Shown: piece by piece, positions 1 to 9,800 of the stretch | How the letters are laid out: the number at the start of each line of letters is the position of its first letter | Numbering within the stretch: the stretch's first letter is position 1 | From: Neisseria shayeganii 871 | GTDB taxonomy: Bacteria > Pseudomonadota > Gammaproteobacteria > Burkholderiales > Neisseriaceae | Direction: 5' to 3' | Length of the DNA stretch: 32,000 nt | Assembly: GCF_000226875.1 (NCBI RefSeq) | Contig: NZ_JH164926.1 | Span: forward strand, 2,290,135 to 2,322,134 | The notes under the pieces: generated by a model | Databases searched by the model: none | The model's input: the letters and a program-made list of their open reading frames with translations, nothing else | What the model was told of the DNA's origin: nothing | Made by a program: the position numbers and the translations under genes

Positions 1-156
1 GACGCCTAGGGTAATGGTTAAAGGCTGCTTACGGGATAAACTGGAATCAAATTGGCTGCCGTCGGTCAACCAGCCGGTGTAATGAACGGTAATGTCTTTC
101 CCTTTCACCGCTTCTTTGCCGCTACCGGTTTGCAAATCTTCAATAATCAAATCCAT
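1..156 (-). CDS. FKBP-type peptidyl-prolyl cis-trans isomerase (N-terminal 52 codons only; gene runs off the window start)
   Basis: Not in the ORF track because it is truncated. Reverse-strand ATG at 154-156 with GGAGA 5 nt upstream. Hand translation MDLIIEDLQTGSGKEAVKGKDITVHYTGWLTDGSQFDSSLSRKQPLTITLGV is a canonical FKBP N-terminus (VHYTGWL..G..FDSS). Confidence 0.85.
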   Translation of the reverse strand, partial: MDLIIEDLQTGSGKEAVKGKDITVHYTGWLTDGSQFDSSLSRKQPLTITLGV

Positions 157-239
157 CTGATTTCTCCAAACAATGATTTACCAAATGGCGGCGATTATAA
201 ACCGAAACCGGCCCGGCTGCCGAATCTGTTCATACCGGC

Positions 240-515
240 TCAATTACCCACGCATTGGTGCAAGGGGAAACGATGCTTCTCCGCTTGTGCCAGCTGTTCT
301 TTTTTGCCGAAACGCTGCCAGGCTTTTTCATGAAAATAGAACACCACCGTATTGGCCAAGGGTTCGATTAAAGCAACAGCACTGGAGATGCCGATGCTGC
401 CGGTTAAAACATAAGCAATGGTAAACGCCACACCGAAATGCAAAACCGCGAAGGTTAAAGTTTTCAACATAAATTGATTATCCGAATGATTGCTTTCATA
501 ATTTACGGCCGCCAT
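240..515 (-). CDS. DUF2061-type small membrane protein
   Basis: 91-aa ORF with ATG at 513-515. Two hydrophobic helices and the ...LTGS..IS..VALIEPLANTVVFYFHEKAW... pattern typical of DUF2061 proteins. Confidence 0.7.
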   Translation of the reverse strand: MAAVNYESNHSDNQFMLKTLTFAVLHFGVAFTIAYVLTGSIGISSAVALIEPLANTVVFYFHEKAWQRFGKKEQLAQAEKHRFPLHQCVGN

Positions 516-611
516 GATGCCGTCTTCGCCACCGGCAATACAGTTGGAATTTTCTATTCTTTGTTTTAATAAATCTATCAGAAATAAAATTTAAATAGTC
601 AAAGGAAATTT

Positions 612-1565
612 ATGCAGACGCTGACCGTGGTGTCTTTGGATCAAGACACCTTAATCAACCAAGATTACCATCTTGATTTTCCTCATCAATTGGTGCTACA
701 TGCCAGCACTTCTCCAGAACAAACCGACGCCCACTTAGCCGGCGCCCACATCGCCATCAGCAATAAAGTCAGCATCACCGCCGAACACATGGCGGCCAAT
801 CCGCAATTGAAACTGATTGCGGTAGCCGCTACCGGCTACGACCACATCGACATCCAAGCCGCCCGCGAACGGGGCATCACGGTATGCAATATCCGAGGTT
901 ACGGTAACGATTCGGTAGCCGAGCACGCTTTCATGCTGATGATTGCCCTGATGCGTCAATTGCCTGCCTACCAGCGCGACGTGGCCGCCGGACTGTGGGC
1001 TTCCTCACCCCATGCCTTTTACTTCGGCGCGCCCATGCGCGATTTAAACGGAAAAACTTTGGGCATATTCGGGCGCGGCGGCATCGGCCGGGCTTTGGCC
1101 CAACGCGCCGAAGCATTCGGTATGCGGGTGATTTTTGGCGATCACAAACATGCGGGCGCCATCCGGCCGGACTACCTGAAATTTGAAGAAGTTTTGGCAC
1201 AAGCGGACGTGCTTTCCCTGCATTGTCCGCTCAACGAAGATACCCGCCATATGATTGGGGAAACCGAACTGAAAATGATGAAACCGCAGGCCATACTGAT
1301 TAACGTCGGCCGCGGCGGTTTGGTGGACGAACAGGCTTTGGTGGCGGCGCTCAAATACGGCCAACTGGGCGGCGCCGGCTTCGATGTTTTGAGCGAAGAG
1401 CCTCCTAAAAACGGCAATCCGCTGCTGAACACCCGTCTGCCGAATCTAATCGTTACCCCACATATGGCTTGGGGCAGCCAAGAAGCCATGCAGCGTTTGT
1501 TCGAAATGCTCAACGACAATATCCGGGCTTTTGTGCGCGGAGAAGCACAAAACATCGTGGTGTAA
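612..1565 (+). CDS. D-isomer-specific 2-hydroxyacid dehydrogenase (glycerate/hydroxypyruvate reductase-like)
   Basis: 317 aa. Has the NAD-binding GIFGRGGIGRALA glycine-rich loop, INVGRGGLVDE and TPHMAW catalytic-His motifs. AAAGGAAA RBS sits before the ATG at 612. Confidence 0.88.
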   Translation: MQTLTVVSLDQDTLINQDYHLDFPHQLVLHASTSPEQTDAHLAGAHIAISNKVSITAEHMAANPQLKLIAVAATGYDHIDIQAARERGITVCNIRGYGNDSVAEHAFMLMIALMRQLPAYQRDVAAGLWASSPHAFYFGAPMRDLNGKTLGIFGRGGIGRALAQRAEAFGMRVIFGDHKHAGAIRPDYLKFEEVLAQADVLSLHCPLNEDTRHMIGETELKMMKPQAILINVGRGGLVDEQALVAALKYGQLGGAGFDVLSEEPPKNGNPLLNTRLPNLIVTPHMAWGSQEAMQRLFEMLNDNIRAFVRGEAQNIVV

Positions 1566-1591
1566 ACAAAGCTTGGAAAATTCCGCTATTC

Positions 1592-1603
1592 AGGCTACCT
1601 GAA
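1592..1603 (+). repeat. DUS (AGGCTACCTGAA), single
   Basis: Exact 12-mer, 27 nt after the dehydrogenase stop. Confidence 0.85.
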
Positions 1604-1893
1604 CAGGAAAAGCAGACGATTCACTGTTTACGAAAGCCGGGTTATCCCCGGTTTTTGGCAAAGCAGAAAACTTATCCACAATTTTCCACCTTTTAAACAG
1701 AAGGTTTGCACAGTTTATTTTTTCAATAAGACGCTTATTTACATTAAGAAAATGAACTTATCTGCCAATATCCGGCCTGCTTATTATTATTATCCCTAAA
1801 ATTTTTCTTATTATTTTTATTTGAATTTTCTTTTTGTCGTACAATCCATCGGCCTGCCTCCATCTGATCCTATAAAACAAGAAAGGAAATTTG

Positions 1894-2643
1894 ATGACCA
1901 CAGAACATCGTTTGCCTTATATCAGCCGTACACTCGCTTATACCGCTCAGGACGGTACTGTGCTGAAAAGCCGTCTGTGTTTGCCCCAACATGCGGTGAG
2001 CGGTTTATCGGCCGTATTGGTTTTTCCTGAGTGGTGGGGCATGAGCGAACATGCCAAGCATAGTGCAGAGCGTTTGGCCCAAGCAGGTTACGCAGCCATG
2101 ACGGTGGATTTATACGGTGAGGCTTTATTGACTGACGATGCCGCCGTAGCCAATGAAAATAGGAATGCTTTATTGGCCGATCCGCTTACTTTGATTGAAC
2201 GCACCAATTTGGCTCTGCAAGCGGTAAAAAACCTAGCCGAAGTGAATGAAAACCGTATTGCCGCCATCGGCTTTTGTTTCGGCGGCAAAGTGGCTTTAGA
2301 CATGGCCAGACGCGGTGCAGACCTCAAAGCGGTATGCAGCTTCCACGGCAACCTGACCCCGGCTATTCCCGCCATGCCCGGCATGGTGAAAGCCCAAGTG
2401 TTGGTTCAGCACGGCGGCCAAGACAGCATGGTGAGTATGGAAAGTTTGGACGCTTTCCGTGAAGAAATGGATGCTGCCGAAGTCATCTATCAAATAGATG
2501 TTTTCCCAGATGCCAAACACGGTTTCACCAATCCGCAAGCCACTGCCAACGGTGAAAAAAACGGCGTAGATTTGGCTTATCACGAAACCGCCGCCATTAA
2601 AGCTTGGCAAAATATGTTGGATTGGTTGGCAAAAAACATTTAA
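1894..2643 (+). CDS. Dienelactone hydrolase family protein
   Basis: The track ORF starts at TTG 1891. ATG 1894 follows GAAAGGAAA. Has the alpha/beta-hydrolase nucleophile elbow GFCFGG and a C-terminal DAKHGF motif typical of DLH proteins. Confidence 0.85.
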   Translation: MTTEHRLPYISRTLAYTAQDGTVLKSRLCLPQHAVSGLSAVLVFPEWWGMSEHAKHSAERLAQAGYAAMTVDLYGEALLTDDAAVANENRNALLADPLTLIERTNLALQAVKNLAEVNENRIAAIGFCFGGKVALDMARRGADLKAVCSFHGNLTPAIPAMPGMVKAQVLVQHGGQDSMVSMESLDAFREEMDAAEVIYQIDVFPDAKHGFTNPQATANGEKNGVDLAYHETAAIKAWQNMLDWLAKNI

Positions 2644-2653
2644 AAGCAAGCAA

Positions 2654-2695
2654 AACAGCAGGCTACCTGAATATGTTTTCAGGTAGCCTGCTGTT
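2654..2695. terminator. DUS inverted pair; bidirectional terminator between the dienelactone hydrolase gene and lpxC
   Basis: AACAGCAGGCTACCTGAA-tatgtt-TTCAGGTAGCCTGCTGTT, an 18-bp perfect stem between convergent genes. Confidence 0.8.
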
Positions 2696-2711
2696 TGTTC
2701 AAATCCAATCC

Positions 2712-3629
2712 TTAAGCCGCCTTAGGCAGGGCATGGAAAGCATCGGGCAAACCTTCGTTATGCGGGAAAGTGACCCATTCATGACTGCCTTCATCGGCCA
2801 ATACCGCCCGCAATAGGGCATTATTGATGGCATGGCCCGATTTGTAGCCTTCAAAAGCGCCGATGATCGGCGCGCCGACAATATACAAATCGCCGATGGC
2901 ATCCAAAATTTTATGGCGCACGAACTCATCGGGATAACGCAAACCTTCCGGGTTCAATACATCATGATCGTCGATCACCACCGCATTATTCAAATTACCG
3001 CCTAAGCCCAAACCGTGCGCACGCATCATTTCCACTTCCTGCATAAAACCAAACGTGCGCGCACGGGCGATTTCATCGATATAAGAAGCACCAGCAAAAT
3101 CGATTTCAAAAGTGGGATGGCTGCGGTTAAACACCGGATGGTCGAATTCAATCGTCAAACTCAGTTTGAAACCGTTGTATGGCGAAAAACGCACCCACTT
3201 GCCGGTTTCTTTCACTTCCACCGGCTTGAGAATCCGTAAAAAGCGTTTTTCGGCTTTTTGATTGACGATGCCGGCATCCTGCAGCAAATAGATAAACGGC
3301 AGGCTCGAGCCGTCCATAATCGGAATTTCCGGCGCATTCAACTCAATCAATACATTGTCGATGCCGTAAGCCGCCAGAGCCGACATAATGTGTTCGATGG
3401 TGCCCACCCTCACACCCCGTTCGGTTACCACGGTAGAAGACAAACGGGTATCGTTGATCAGATAAGGATTGAGGGCAATCACCTCTGCCTGCTCGCCGGA
3501 CAAATCGTTGCGGCGGAAAGCAATGCCGCTGTTTTCCGCTGCCGGATAAAGCGTTAAAGCCACCCGCTCTCCGGAATGCAAACCGACACCGGTAACGCTG
3601 ACCGGTTTGGCTAAAGTGCGTTGTTGCAT
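2712..3629 (-). CDS. lpxC: UDP-3-O-acyl-N-acetylglucosamine deacetylase
   Basis: 305 aa. N-terminus MQQRTLAKPVSVTGVGLHSGERV, plus TIEHIMSAL, FVRHKILDAIGDL and SGHAINN, which are canonical LpxC blocks. Confidence 0.95.
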   Translation of the reverse strand: MQQRTLAKPVSVTGVGLHSGERVALTLYPAAENSGIAFRRNDLSGEQAEVIALNPYLINDTRLSSTVVTERGVRVGTIEHIMSALAAYGIDNVLIELNAPEIPIMDGSSLPFIYLLQDAGIVNQKAEKRFLRILKPVEVKETGKWVRFSPYNGFKLSLTIEFDHPVFNRSHPTFEIDFAGASYIDEIARARTFGFMQEVEMMRAHGLGLGGNLNNAVVIDDHDVLNPEGLRYPDEFVRHKILDAIGDLYIVGAPIIGAFEGYKSGHAINNALLRAVLADEGSHEWVTFPHNEGLPDAFHALPKAA

Positions 3630-3718
3630 CGTTATTTTTCCTGCATAACTTTAATCTCGCCGAATCATACGTGAAAAGCTTCCGGCTTGCCTGAGGGTTT
3701 GATTAAATTTACCTATGA

Positions 3719-3730
3719 TTCAGGTAGCCT
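3719..3730 (-). repeat. DUS, single (reverse orientation)
   Basis: Exact TTCAGGTAGCCT in the lpxC/waaC intergenic region. Confidence 0.85.
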
Positions 3731-3996
3731 AGCGATCGGTTTGCTAGCGCGATGTGTTTTAGCGGGCAATTGTCCACATCCCGTTAAACGCTTTACTGAT
3801 TTATCTACCGGTTTCCACTTCAATACTTCTGGTTTTCCCAAACAAAATCACAGGTTTTAAATCAATAAATATATTTTTAAACATAATCTTATGTGAATAA
3901 TCCACAGATTTCCCTGCTCTTATCATTAAATTCATCATTTTTATTTCTTAAATAAAACTATAATTTTGCGTTTGGAAAACTGATTTTATCTGCTAT

Positions 3997-4968
3997 ATGA
4001 AAATTCTGTTGGTCCGTTTGTCCAGTATGGGCGATTTGATTCATACCTTGCCTGCAATACAGGATTTGTCCCTACATCAGCCTGAAATTGAATTACATTG
4101 GCTGACGGAAACTGCTTTTGCAGATATTCCCCGTTTACATCCCTTTGTACGGAAAACGATTCCGATGGGTTGGCGGATGTGGCGGAAAAATCTGTTTGAC
4201 CGAGCGGTTCGCCGAGAAATTTACGCTTTAAAGCAAATATTGGAAACGAATGCCTACGATTTTGTTTTAGACAGCCAAGGCTTATTGAAAAGCGCTTTGT
4301 TTGCCCGCATGGCGAAGGCACCCGTAAAAGGGTTTGATCAACACAGCGCTCGGGAAGGAATAACGGCTTGGTTTTACCGACAAGGTTTTCAGGTAGCCAA
4401 AGGTCGCGATGCGGTTTGGCGCAACAGGGAATTGTTCGCCAAGGTTTTTTCCTATTCTTTCGATAAAGCAGTCAATTTCGGCATAAAATTGCCGTCTGAT
4501 GCCATTGTTTCCGAATTGCCGCAACATTTCCGCGTGGCCCTGCACGCCACCAGCCGAGACAGTAAACTTTGGCCCGAAGAACATTGGATTGCGTTGTTGA
4601 AAAAATTGCATGAGCAAGACGGCGCAGGTGTTTGGCTGCCTTGGGGAAACGAGGGAGAACGCCAGCGGGCACTGCGTTTGGCAGGCAAAATTCCCGGCGC
4701 CTGGGTAAGCGGGCGTTTGGATTTATTGCAAACGGCTTATGTTTTGCAGCAGTCGGCCGGTGTCGTTGGTGTGGATACCGGATTGCTGCATTTGGCCAAT
4801 GGTTTGGACAAACCCTTAATCGGGATTTACACCGATACCGATCCCGCAAAAACCGGCGTCCAAACTTCACCTTGGGCTTTTAATTTGGGCGGTATTGGAA
4901 AAATTCCGGCTGTTAATGAGGTTTTTTCAGCTTTGTCTGAGGCGGAAAAAACGCGCGGGGCTACCTGA
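3997..4968 (+). CDS. waaC: Lipopolysaccharide heptosyltransferase I (GT9 family)
   Basis: 323 aa. MKILLVRLSSMGDLIHTLPA N-terminus and C-terminal VGVDTGLLHLA motif of GT9 heptosyltransferases. The choice of type I over type II is a judgement from the N-terminal pattern. Confidence 0.8.
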   Translation: MKILLVRLSSMGDLIHTLPAIQDLSLHQPEIELHWLTETAFADIPRLHPFVRKTIPMGWRMWRKNLFDRAVRREIYALKQILETNAYDFVLDSQGLLKSALFARMAKAPVKGFDQHSAREGITAWFYRQGFQVAKGRDAVWRNRELFAKVFSYSFDKAVNFGIKLPSDAIVSELPQHFRVALHATSRDSKLWPEEHWIALLKKLHEQDGAGVWLPWGNEGERQRALRLAGKIPGAWVSGRLDLLQTAYVLQQSAGVVGVDTGLLHLANGLDKPLIGIYTDTDPAKTGVQTSPWAFNLGGIGKIPAVNEVFSALSEAEKTRGAT

Positions 4969-5093
4969 AAGCGTTTTGGCGGTCGACGTTTACATTTTCA
5001 TGAGGCAAACTTGCATTATCTTTCAGGAGTGGGCAAAATAGAGCGCTGTTACCGTATTGGTTTTACTTTCCATTCAACAAATAAGGAGAAGGC

Positions 5094-5843
5094 ATGAAAG
5101 CACTGGTTGCCGTAAAACGCGTGGTTGATTTCAATGTCAAAGTGCGTGTGAAAGCCGATGGTTCCGATGTGGACATCGGCAATGTCAAAATGTCCATGAA
5201 CCCGTTTGACGAAATCGCCGTAGAAGAAGCCGTGCGTTTGAAAGAAGCCGGTAAAGTCAGCGAAATCGTGGTGGTGTCTTTGGGCGTGAAGCAATGCGAA
5301 GAAACCCTGCGTACCGCATTGGCAATGGGTGCCGACCGTGCTGTCCATGTAGAAACCGACGCCAAATTGGAGCCTTTGGCCGTAGCCAAATGCCTGAAGG
5401 CCGTGGCGGATAAAGAACAGCCGCAGCTGCTGATTTTGGGCAAACAGGCGATTGATGACGATGCCAACCAAACGGCACAAATGTTGGCTGCCCTTTTGAA
5501 TGCGCCGCAAGGTACGTTTGCCAGCAAAGTGGAAGTGGGCGACGGCGAAGTGTCGGTTACCCGCGAAATCGACGGCGGTTTGGAAACCGTGGCTTTGAAA
5601 CTGCCGGCGGTGATCAGCACCGATTTGCGTTTGAACGAGCCGCGTTATGTGAAGCTGCCCAATATCATGGCGGCAAAGAAAAAACCTTTGGAAAAAATCG
5701 CCTTGGCCGATTTGGGCGTGGATGCCGCTCCCCGTTTGAATCAGGTGAAAGTAGCCGAACCCAAAGCCCGCAGTGCCGGCATTAAAGTGGAAAGTGTGGC
5801 CGAATTGGTGGCCAAGTTGAAAAACGAAGCCAAGGTTATTTAA
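5094..5843 (+). CDS. etfB: Electron transfer flavoprotein beta subunit
   Basis: 249 aa. [20 protein letters not shown] start, [14 protein letters not shown] and [11 protein letters not shown] motifs. AAGGAGAAGG RBS upstream. Confidence 0.95.
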   Translation: MKALVAVKRVVDFNVKVRVKADGSDVDIGNVKMSMNPFDEIAVEEAVRLKEAGKVSEIVVVSLGVKQCEETLRTALAMGADRAVHVETDAKLEPLAVAKCLKAVADKEQPQLLILGKQAIDDDANQTAQMLAALLNAPQGTFASKVEVGDGEVSVTREIDGGLETVALKLPAVISTDLRLNEPRYVKLPNIMAAKKKPLEKIALADLGVDAAPRLNQVKVAEPKARSAGIKVESVAELVAKLKNEAKVI

Positions 5844-5853
5844 GGAGAAAGCC

Positions 5854-6783
5854 ATGACCGTATTGATTATTGCCGAACACGACAACGCAAAACTCAATCC
5901 CGCCACCCTGCACGCGGTTACTGCGGCGCAAAAATTGGGTGAGGTACATGTATTGGTGGCCGGCAACGGCGCTGCCGCCGTGGCCGACCAGGCCAAGCAG
6001 GTAGCCGGCGTGGCCAAAGTATTGCTGGCGGATGCCGCCCACTATGCCGAAAGTTTGCCGGAAGAAGTGGCACCCTTGGTGGTGAAGCTGGCCGGCGACT
6101 ATAGCCATATCGGCGCCACTGCCACCGCTTTCGGCAAAAACCTGCTGCCGCGTGTGGCCGCGTTATTGGATTGCTCGCAAGTATCCGATTTGACCGAAGT
6201 GGTGGATGCCCAAACTTTTGTCCGCCCCATTTATGCCGGCAATGCGTTCGCTACCGTGAACAGCAGCGAATCCAAACTGGTGCTGACTTTCCGTGCCACT
6301 GCTTTTGATGCGGCGGCTACCGCAGGCGGCAATGCTGCGGTGGAAACCGTAGAAGCGACCGCTCAACAAGGTTTGAGCCGTTTTGTGGGCCGTGAACTGA
6401 CCAAATCCGACCGTCCTGAGCTTACCCAAGCCAAAATCATTGTTTCCGGCGGCCGTGCATTGGCCAATGCCGAGCAATTCAACAGTGTGCTTACCCCCTT
6501 GGCCGACAAATTGGGTGCTGCGATCGGTGCTTCCCGTGCGGCAGTGGATGCCGGCTATGCGCCGAACGATTACCAAGTCGGCCAAACCGGTAAAGTGGTG
6601 GCGCCCGAGCTGTATATTGCCGTGGGCATTTCCGGTGCCATCCAGCACATCGCCGGCATGCAAGACAGCAAAGTGATTGTGGCCATCAATAAAGACCCGG
6701 AAGCGCCGATTTTCAATGTTGCCGATTATGGTTTGGTAGCCGATTTGTTTACTGCGGTGCCTGAATTGGTAGAAGCGCTGTAA
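5854..6783 (+). CDS. etfA: Electron transfer flavoprotein alpha subunit
   Basis: 309 aa, starting 10 nt after etfB. FAD-binding C-terminal block [26 protein letters not shown]. Confidence 0.95.
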   Translation: MTVLIIAEHDNAKLNPATLHAVTAAQKLGEVHVLVAGNGAAAVADQAKQVAGVAKVLLADAAHYAESLPEEVAPLVVKLAGDYSHIGATATAFGKNLLPRVAALLDCSQVSDLTEVVDAQTFVRPIYAGNAFATVNSSESKLVLTFRATAFDAAATAGGNAAVETVEATAQQGLSRFVGRELTKSDRPELTQAKIIVSGGRALANAEQFNSVLTPLADKLGAAIGASRAAVDAGYAPNDYQVGQTGKVVAPELYIAVGISGAIQHIAGMQDSKVIVAINKDPEAPIFNVADYGLVADLFTAVPELVEAL

Positions 6784-6810
6784 AAATGTTTCATGTGAAA
6801 CCATCAAATG

Positions 6811-6836
6811 AAAAGCCGGGATTTCCCGGCTTTTTG
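6811..6836. terminator. Intrinsic terminator after etfA
   Basis: AAAAGCCGGG-attt-CCCGGCTTTTT, a GC stem flanked by an A-run and a T-run. Confidence 0.7.
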
Positions 6837-6917
6837 TATCAGTTATTTGCGGAGCGGTTTTGGGTGAGAAAAATCTGGTAATGTTTTCTGACTATATACC
6901 CTAAGCAAAAACAGGCT

Positions 6918-7060
6918 GAGACCTTTGCAAAACCCCCATCTGCGGCGCATTTCTGCGTTGTGCGCTGCTCACTCACTTGCCTATCTGCATGATATGTCTG
7001 CGTTCGCTGCGCTGCTACGCCTTGAACTGCATCCACATCTGGGGGTTTTGCAAAGGTCTC
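6918..7060. repeat. MITE-like repeat, copy A (short variant, both termini present)
   Basis: Terminal inverted repeats GAGACCTTTGCAAAACCCCCA ... TGGGGGTTTTGCAAAGGTCTC. The interior is shared with copies B to D. Confidence 0.8.
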
Positions 7061-7087
7061 AGGCTACCTGAAATTTTCAGGTAGCCT
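7061..7087. terminator. DUS inverted pair downstream of dnaJ
   Basis: AGGCTACCTGAA-att-TTCAGGTAGCCT, 30 nt beyond the dnaJ stop and directly abutting MITE copy A. Confidence 0.7.
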
Positions 7088-7117
7088 GTTTCAGCAAGCA
7101 ATTGATTGGAAAGCCGA

Positions 7118-8245
7118 TCAATCAAATAAATCGCGCAGCTTGTCCATAAACGATTTTTGGCGCGGTGTTTGTGCGCGGTCCAAACCGGTGGAGATTTTTT
7201 CAAATTCTTCCAACAGCTCTTTTTGGCGGTCGGTGAGGTTGACCGGCGTTTCTACCACAATATGGCAATAGAGATCGCCGGTTGCGGAAGAGCGCAGCGA
7301 TTTCATGCCTTTGCCTTTTACCCGCATGCGGCGGCCGGTTTGGGTTTCTTTGGGGATGTTGAGCTTGACGCGGCCGTCTAAAGTGGGCACTTCCACTTCG
7401 CCGCCCAAAGCAGCGGTGGTGAAGCTGATCGGCAGCTCGCAATGCAGATCCATGCCGTCGCGCTCGAATATATCGTGGCGGCGGATGTGCACCACTACGT
7501 ATAAGTCACCGGAAGGCGCGCCGTGGGTGCCGGGTTCGCCTTCGCCGGCCAAACGGATGCGTTGCTCGTCGTCGATGCCGGCCGGAATGTTTACTTCCAG
7601 CGTTTTGCGTGTTTTCACCAAGCCTGCGCCGTGGCATTTGACGCAAGGGTCTTTGATTTGTTTACCGGTGCCGTGACAGGTGGGGCAGGTTTGTTGCAGT
7701 TGGAAAATGGCTTGGCGCACGTGCACCACGCCGCTGCCGCCGCAAGTGGAGCAGGTGGTGGCCGATGTGCCCGGCTTGGCGCCGCTGCCATGGCACAAAT
7801 CGCATTCTTCATGTGTGGGAATGGTGATTTTTTTCTTGGCGCCGGCTGCGGCTTCTTCCAAGGTAATTTCGATGTCGTAGCGCAAATCGGCGCCCTGGAA
7901 ATTTTGTTGGCGGCCGCCACCGCCCGCGGTACCGCCGAACATTTGACTGAAAATGTCGCCGAAATCAAAGCCGCCCGCGCCACCAAAACCGCCAAATCCA
8001 CCGCCGCCGCCCATATTCGGATCAACGCCCGCATGGCCGAATTGGTCGTAGCGGGCCCGTTTTTCAGGATCGGACAAAATATCGTAGGCTTTTTGTACTT
8101 CTTTAAACTTTTCTTCGGCCTCTTTATTGTCGGGATTGCGGTCCGGGTGGTACTGCATGGCCAGTTTGCGGTAGGCCTTTTTGATGTCGCTGTCGCTGGC
8201 TCCTTTGGCCACGCCCAGCACTTGGTAGTAGTCTTGATTGCTCAT
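7118..8245 (-). CDS. dnaJ: Molecular chaperone DnaJ
   Basis: 375 aa. J domain (DYYQVLGV...HPDRNP), G/F-rich linker and four CxxCxGxG zinc-finger repeats. Confidence 0.97.
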   Translation of the reverse strand: MSNQDYYQVLGVAKGASDSDIKKAYRKLAMQYHPDRNPDNKEAEEKFKEVQKAYDILSDPEKRARYDQFGHAGVDPNMGGGGGFGGFGGAGGFDFGDIFSQMFGGTAGGGGRQQNFQGADLRYDIEITLEEAAAGAKKKITIPTHEECDLCHGSGAKPGTSATTCSTCGGSGVVHVRQAIFQLQQTCPTCHGTGKQIKDPCVKCHGAGLVKTRKTLEVNIPAGIDDEQRIRLAGEGEPGTHGAPSGDLYVVVHIRRHDIFERDGMDLHCELPISFTTAALGGEVEVPTLDGRVKLNIPKETQTGRRMRVKGKGMKSLRSSATGDLYCHIVVETPVNLTDRQKELLEEFEKISTGLDRAQTPRQKSFMDKLRDLFD

Positions 8246-8319
8246 GGTTTTTTCGCTTGAAAACGGATTTGCGCCGCAAATAAGGGCGAAAACGGGAAAA
8301 ACAAGACGTCGCCGTTTTT

Positions 8320-8331
8320 TTCAGGTAGCCT
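8320..8331 (-). repeat. DUS, single (reverse orientation)
   Basis: Exact TTCAGGTAGCCT between the divergent dnaJ and maf genes. Confidence 0.85.
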
Positions 8332-8355
8332 TGGCGATTTTTGGAAGATGTGACC

Positions 8356-9018
8356 ATGTCTGCTTTGCTTTATCTGGCTTCCGGCAGCCCGCGGCGGCGG
8401 GAAATTTTGTTGTCTTTGGGGTTTGAAGTGTTGCGGGTGGCGGCTGAAATCGATGAAACGCCTTACTCTGATGAAGCCCCCGGCCCATATGCTTTGCGCT
8501 TGGCACAGGCAAAAAACCGGGCGGCACAAATTGTAGCGCGACAGCAAGGTTTGGATGATTCCGTTCCTTTGCTGACCGCAGACACCACCGTGGCTTTGAA
8601 CGGTCGGATTTTGGGCAAGCCCGAATCATGGGAAGATGCACGGGCCATGCTGCAGGCTTTATCCGGTACGGTGCATCAGGTCTTTACCGCAGTATGTGTG
8701 AGCCGGCAGGGAAAAATGCAGTCGGTGCTGCAACAGAGTGATGTGCATTTTAAAACCCTGACAGCGGCGGAAATCGAAGCGTATTTGGCCAGCGGCGAGC
8801 CGATGGATAAAGCAGGTGCTTACGGCATTCAAGGTTTGGGCGGTGTGTTCGTCCGGCATTTGGCCGGTAGCTTTACCGGCGTGATGGGGCTGCCGGTGTT
8901 TGAAACCACTGCTTTGCTGGCCGATTTAGGGGTCAGTCTGCCTGCTTTGGCGAGCGGCCGATATTCTGAGACCTTTGTCAAGACAAAATCCCAGGTGTGG
9001 ATGCCGTTCAAGGCATAG
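8356..9018 (+). CDS. maf: Maf-like nucleoside-triphosphate pyrophosphatase (septum formation inhibitor family)
   Basis: The track ORF begins at TTG 8341. ATG 8356 gives MSALLYLASGSPRRREIL, the Maf signature, and GAYGIQG lies near the C-terminus. The last ~16 codons lie inside a MITE-like repeat (from 8968). Confidence 0.88.
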   Translation: MSALLYLASGSPRRREILLSLGFEVLRVAAEIDETPYSDEAPGPYALRLAQAKNRAAQIVARQQGLDDSVPLLTADTTVALNGRILGKPESWEDARAMLQALSGTVHQVFTAVCVSRQGKMQSVLQQSDVHFKTLTAAEIEAYLASGEPMDKAGAYGIQGLGGVFVRHLAGSFTGVMGLPVFETTALLADLGVSLPALASGRYSETFVKTKSQVWMPFKA

Positions 9019-9127
9019 CAGCGCAGCGAGTGTGAACGCTAGGAATCCCCGTGGGACAAACATATCAATAAGTAGTTAAGCGAGAGTGAGCAGTATGCCC
9101 TAAAGCATAAACGCACAATGCAGAAAT
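8968..9127. repeat. MITE-like repeat, copy B (one terminus missing)
   Basis: Starts GAGACCTTTG. Positions 8992-9127 are the exact reverse complement of 9506-9641. It forms the 3' end of maf. Confidence 0.85.
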
Positions 9128-9162
9128 GCACCTACTGTTTGATTTAAGCAGCATGTTACGTT

Positions 9163-9363
9163 TTATTGGGCACGAAGCCACCGCCAAACAAGGAATGCCA
9201 TAATCACAGTCAATAGGTTCGCCAACCACACTTTACCCCAACCAGCAGCAGTTGGTCGCGGGCGGGCGGTTTTGCGGAGACGGACATAAAAAAACGGACT
9301 GAGCAACATGGACATCGACAGCGCTAAAGCAAGGCCTAGATAATAGATTTTTTCAATTTGCAT
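9163..9363 (-). CDS. Hypothetical small membrane protein (66 aa, two predicted TM helices)
   Basis: ATG at 9361-9363. Two hydrophobic stretches flank a basic loop (RLRKTARPRP). It lies in the 378-bp spacer between two perfect 136-bp inverted repeats. No recognisable family, so coding status is uncertain. Confidence 0.35.
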   Translation of the reverse strand: MQIEKIYYLGLALALSMSMLLSPFFYVRLRKTARPRPTAAGWGKVWLANLLTVIMAFLVWRWLRAQ

Positions 9364-9476
9364 GATGTCAGTAATGTTCTATCGCAATATTTGGGATGAT
9401 GAGCAGAGACCCTCAAAGTCCACTCAATCTTTAAAATTTCCAACAATACCAATCTCAAATAATTTATTGACAGGAT

Positions 9477-9660
9477 GAGACCTTTGCAAAACCTCCATCT
9501 GCGGTATTTCTGCATTGTGCGTTTATGCTTTAGGGCATACTGCTCACTCTCGCTTAACTACTTATTGATATGTTTGTCCCACGGGGATTCCTAGCGTTCA
9601 CACTCGCTGCGCTGCTATGCCTTGAACGGCATCCACACCTGAGGATTTTGCAAAGGTTTC
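9477..9660. repeat. MITE-like repeat, copy C (long variant, both termini present)
   Basis: GAGACCTTTGCAAAACCTCCA ... GAGGATTTTGCAAAGGTTTC. In inverted orientation relative to copy B. Confidence 0.85.
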
Positions 9661-9800
9661 AGGCTGTCAAATCGGCCGCCAATCGATCATTTGGTGCGGT
9701 TTCAACAGGGAAAATCGGCCAATGCGTTTGGCAATCATCGGTGGTGTAGTTTGTCGGAAGAAAATGCTCATGTGAACCCACTAAATGTCCGGATGGCAAT

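Noticed and set aside
52-424. Plus-strand ORFs 52-333 and 173-424
   Set aside because: They overlap the minus-strand FKBP 5' end and the DUF2061 gene, both of which have recognisable family sequences.
1672-1680. Perfect DnaA box TTATCCACA (a near-match, TAATCCACA, lies near 3891-3899)
   Set aside because: These are isolated boxes with no cluster, no AT-rich 13-mer array and no dnaA/dnaN context. A single 9-mer hit in 64 kb of two-strand sequence is not far from chance.
5049-6017. 322-aa ORF on the minus strand across etfB/etfA
   Set aside because: It is antisense to two genes with unmistakable ETF motifs. Its product is low-complexity (runs of F, G, H, Q) with no start context. This is a typical shadow ORF in GC-rich DNA.
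7523-8260. 245-aa plus-strand ORF, and other ORFs overlapping dnaJ
   Set aside because: They are antisense to or out of frame with dnaJ, whose identity is secure from its J domain and four CxxCxGxG repeats.
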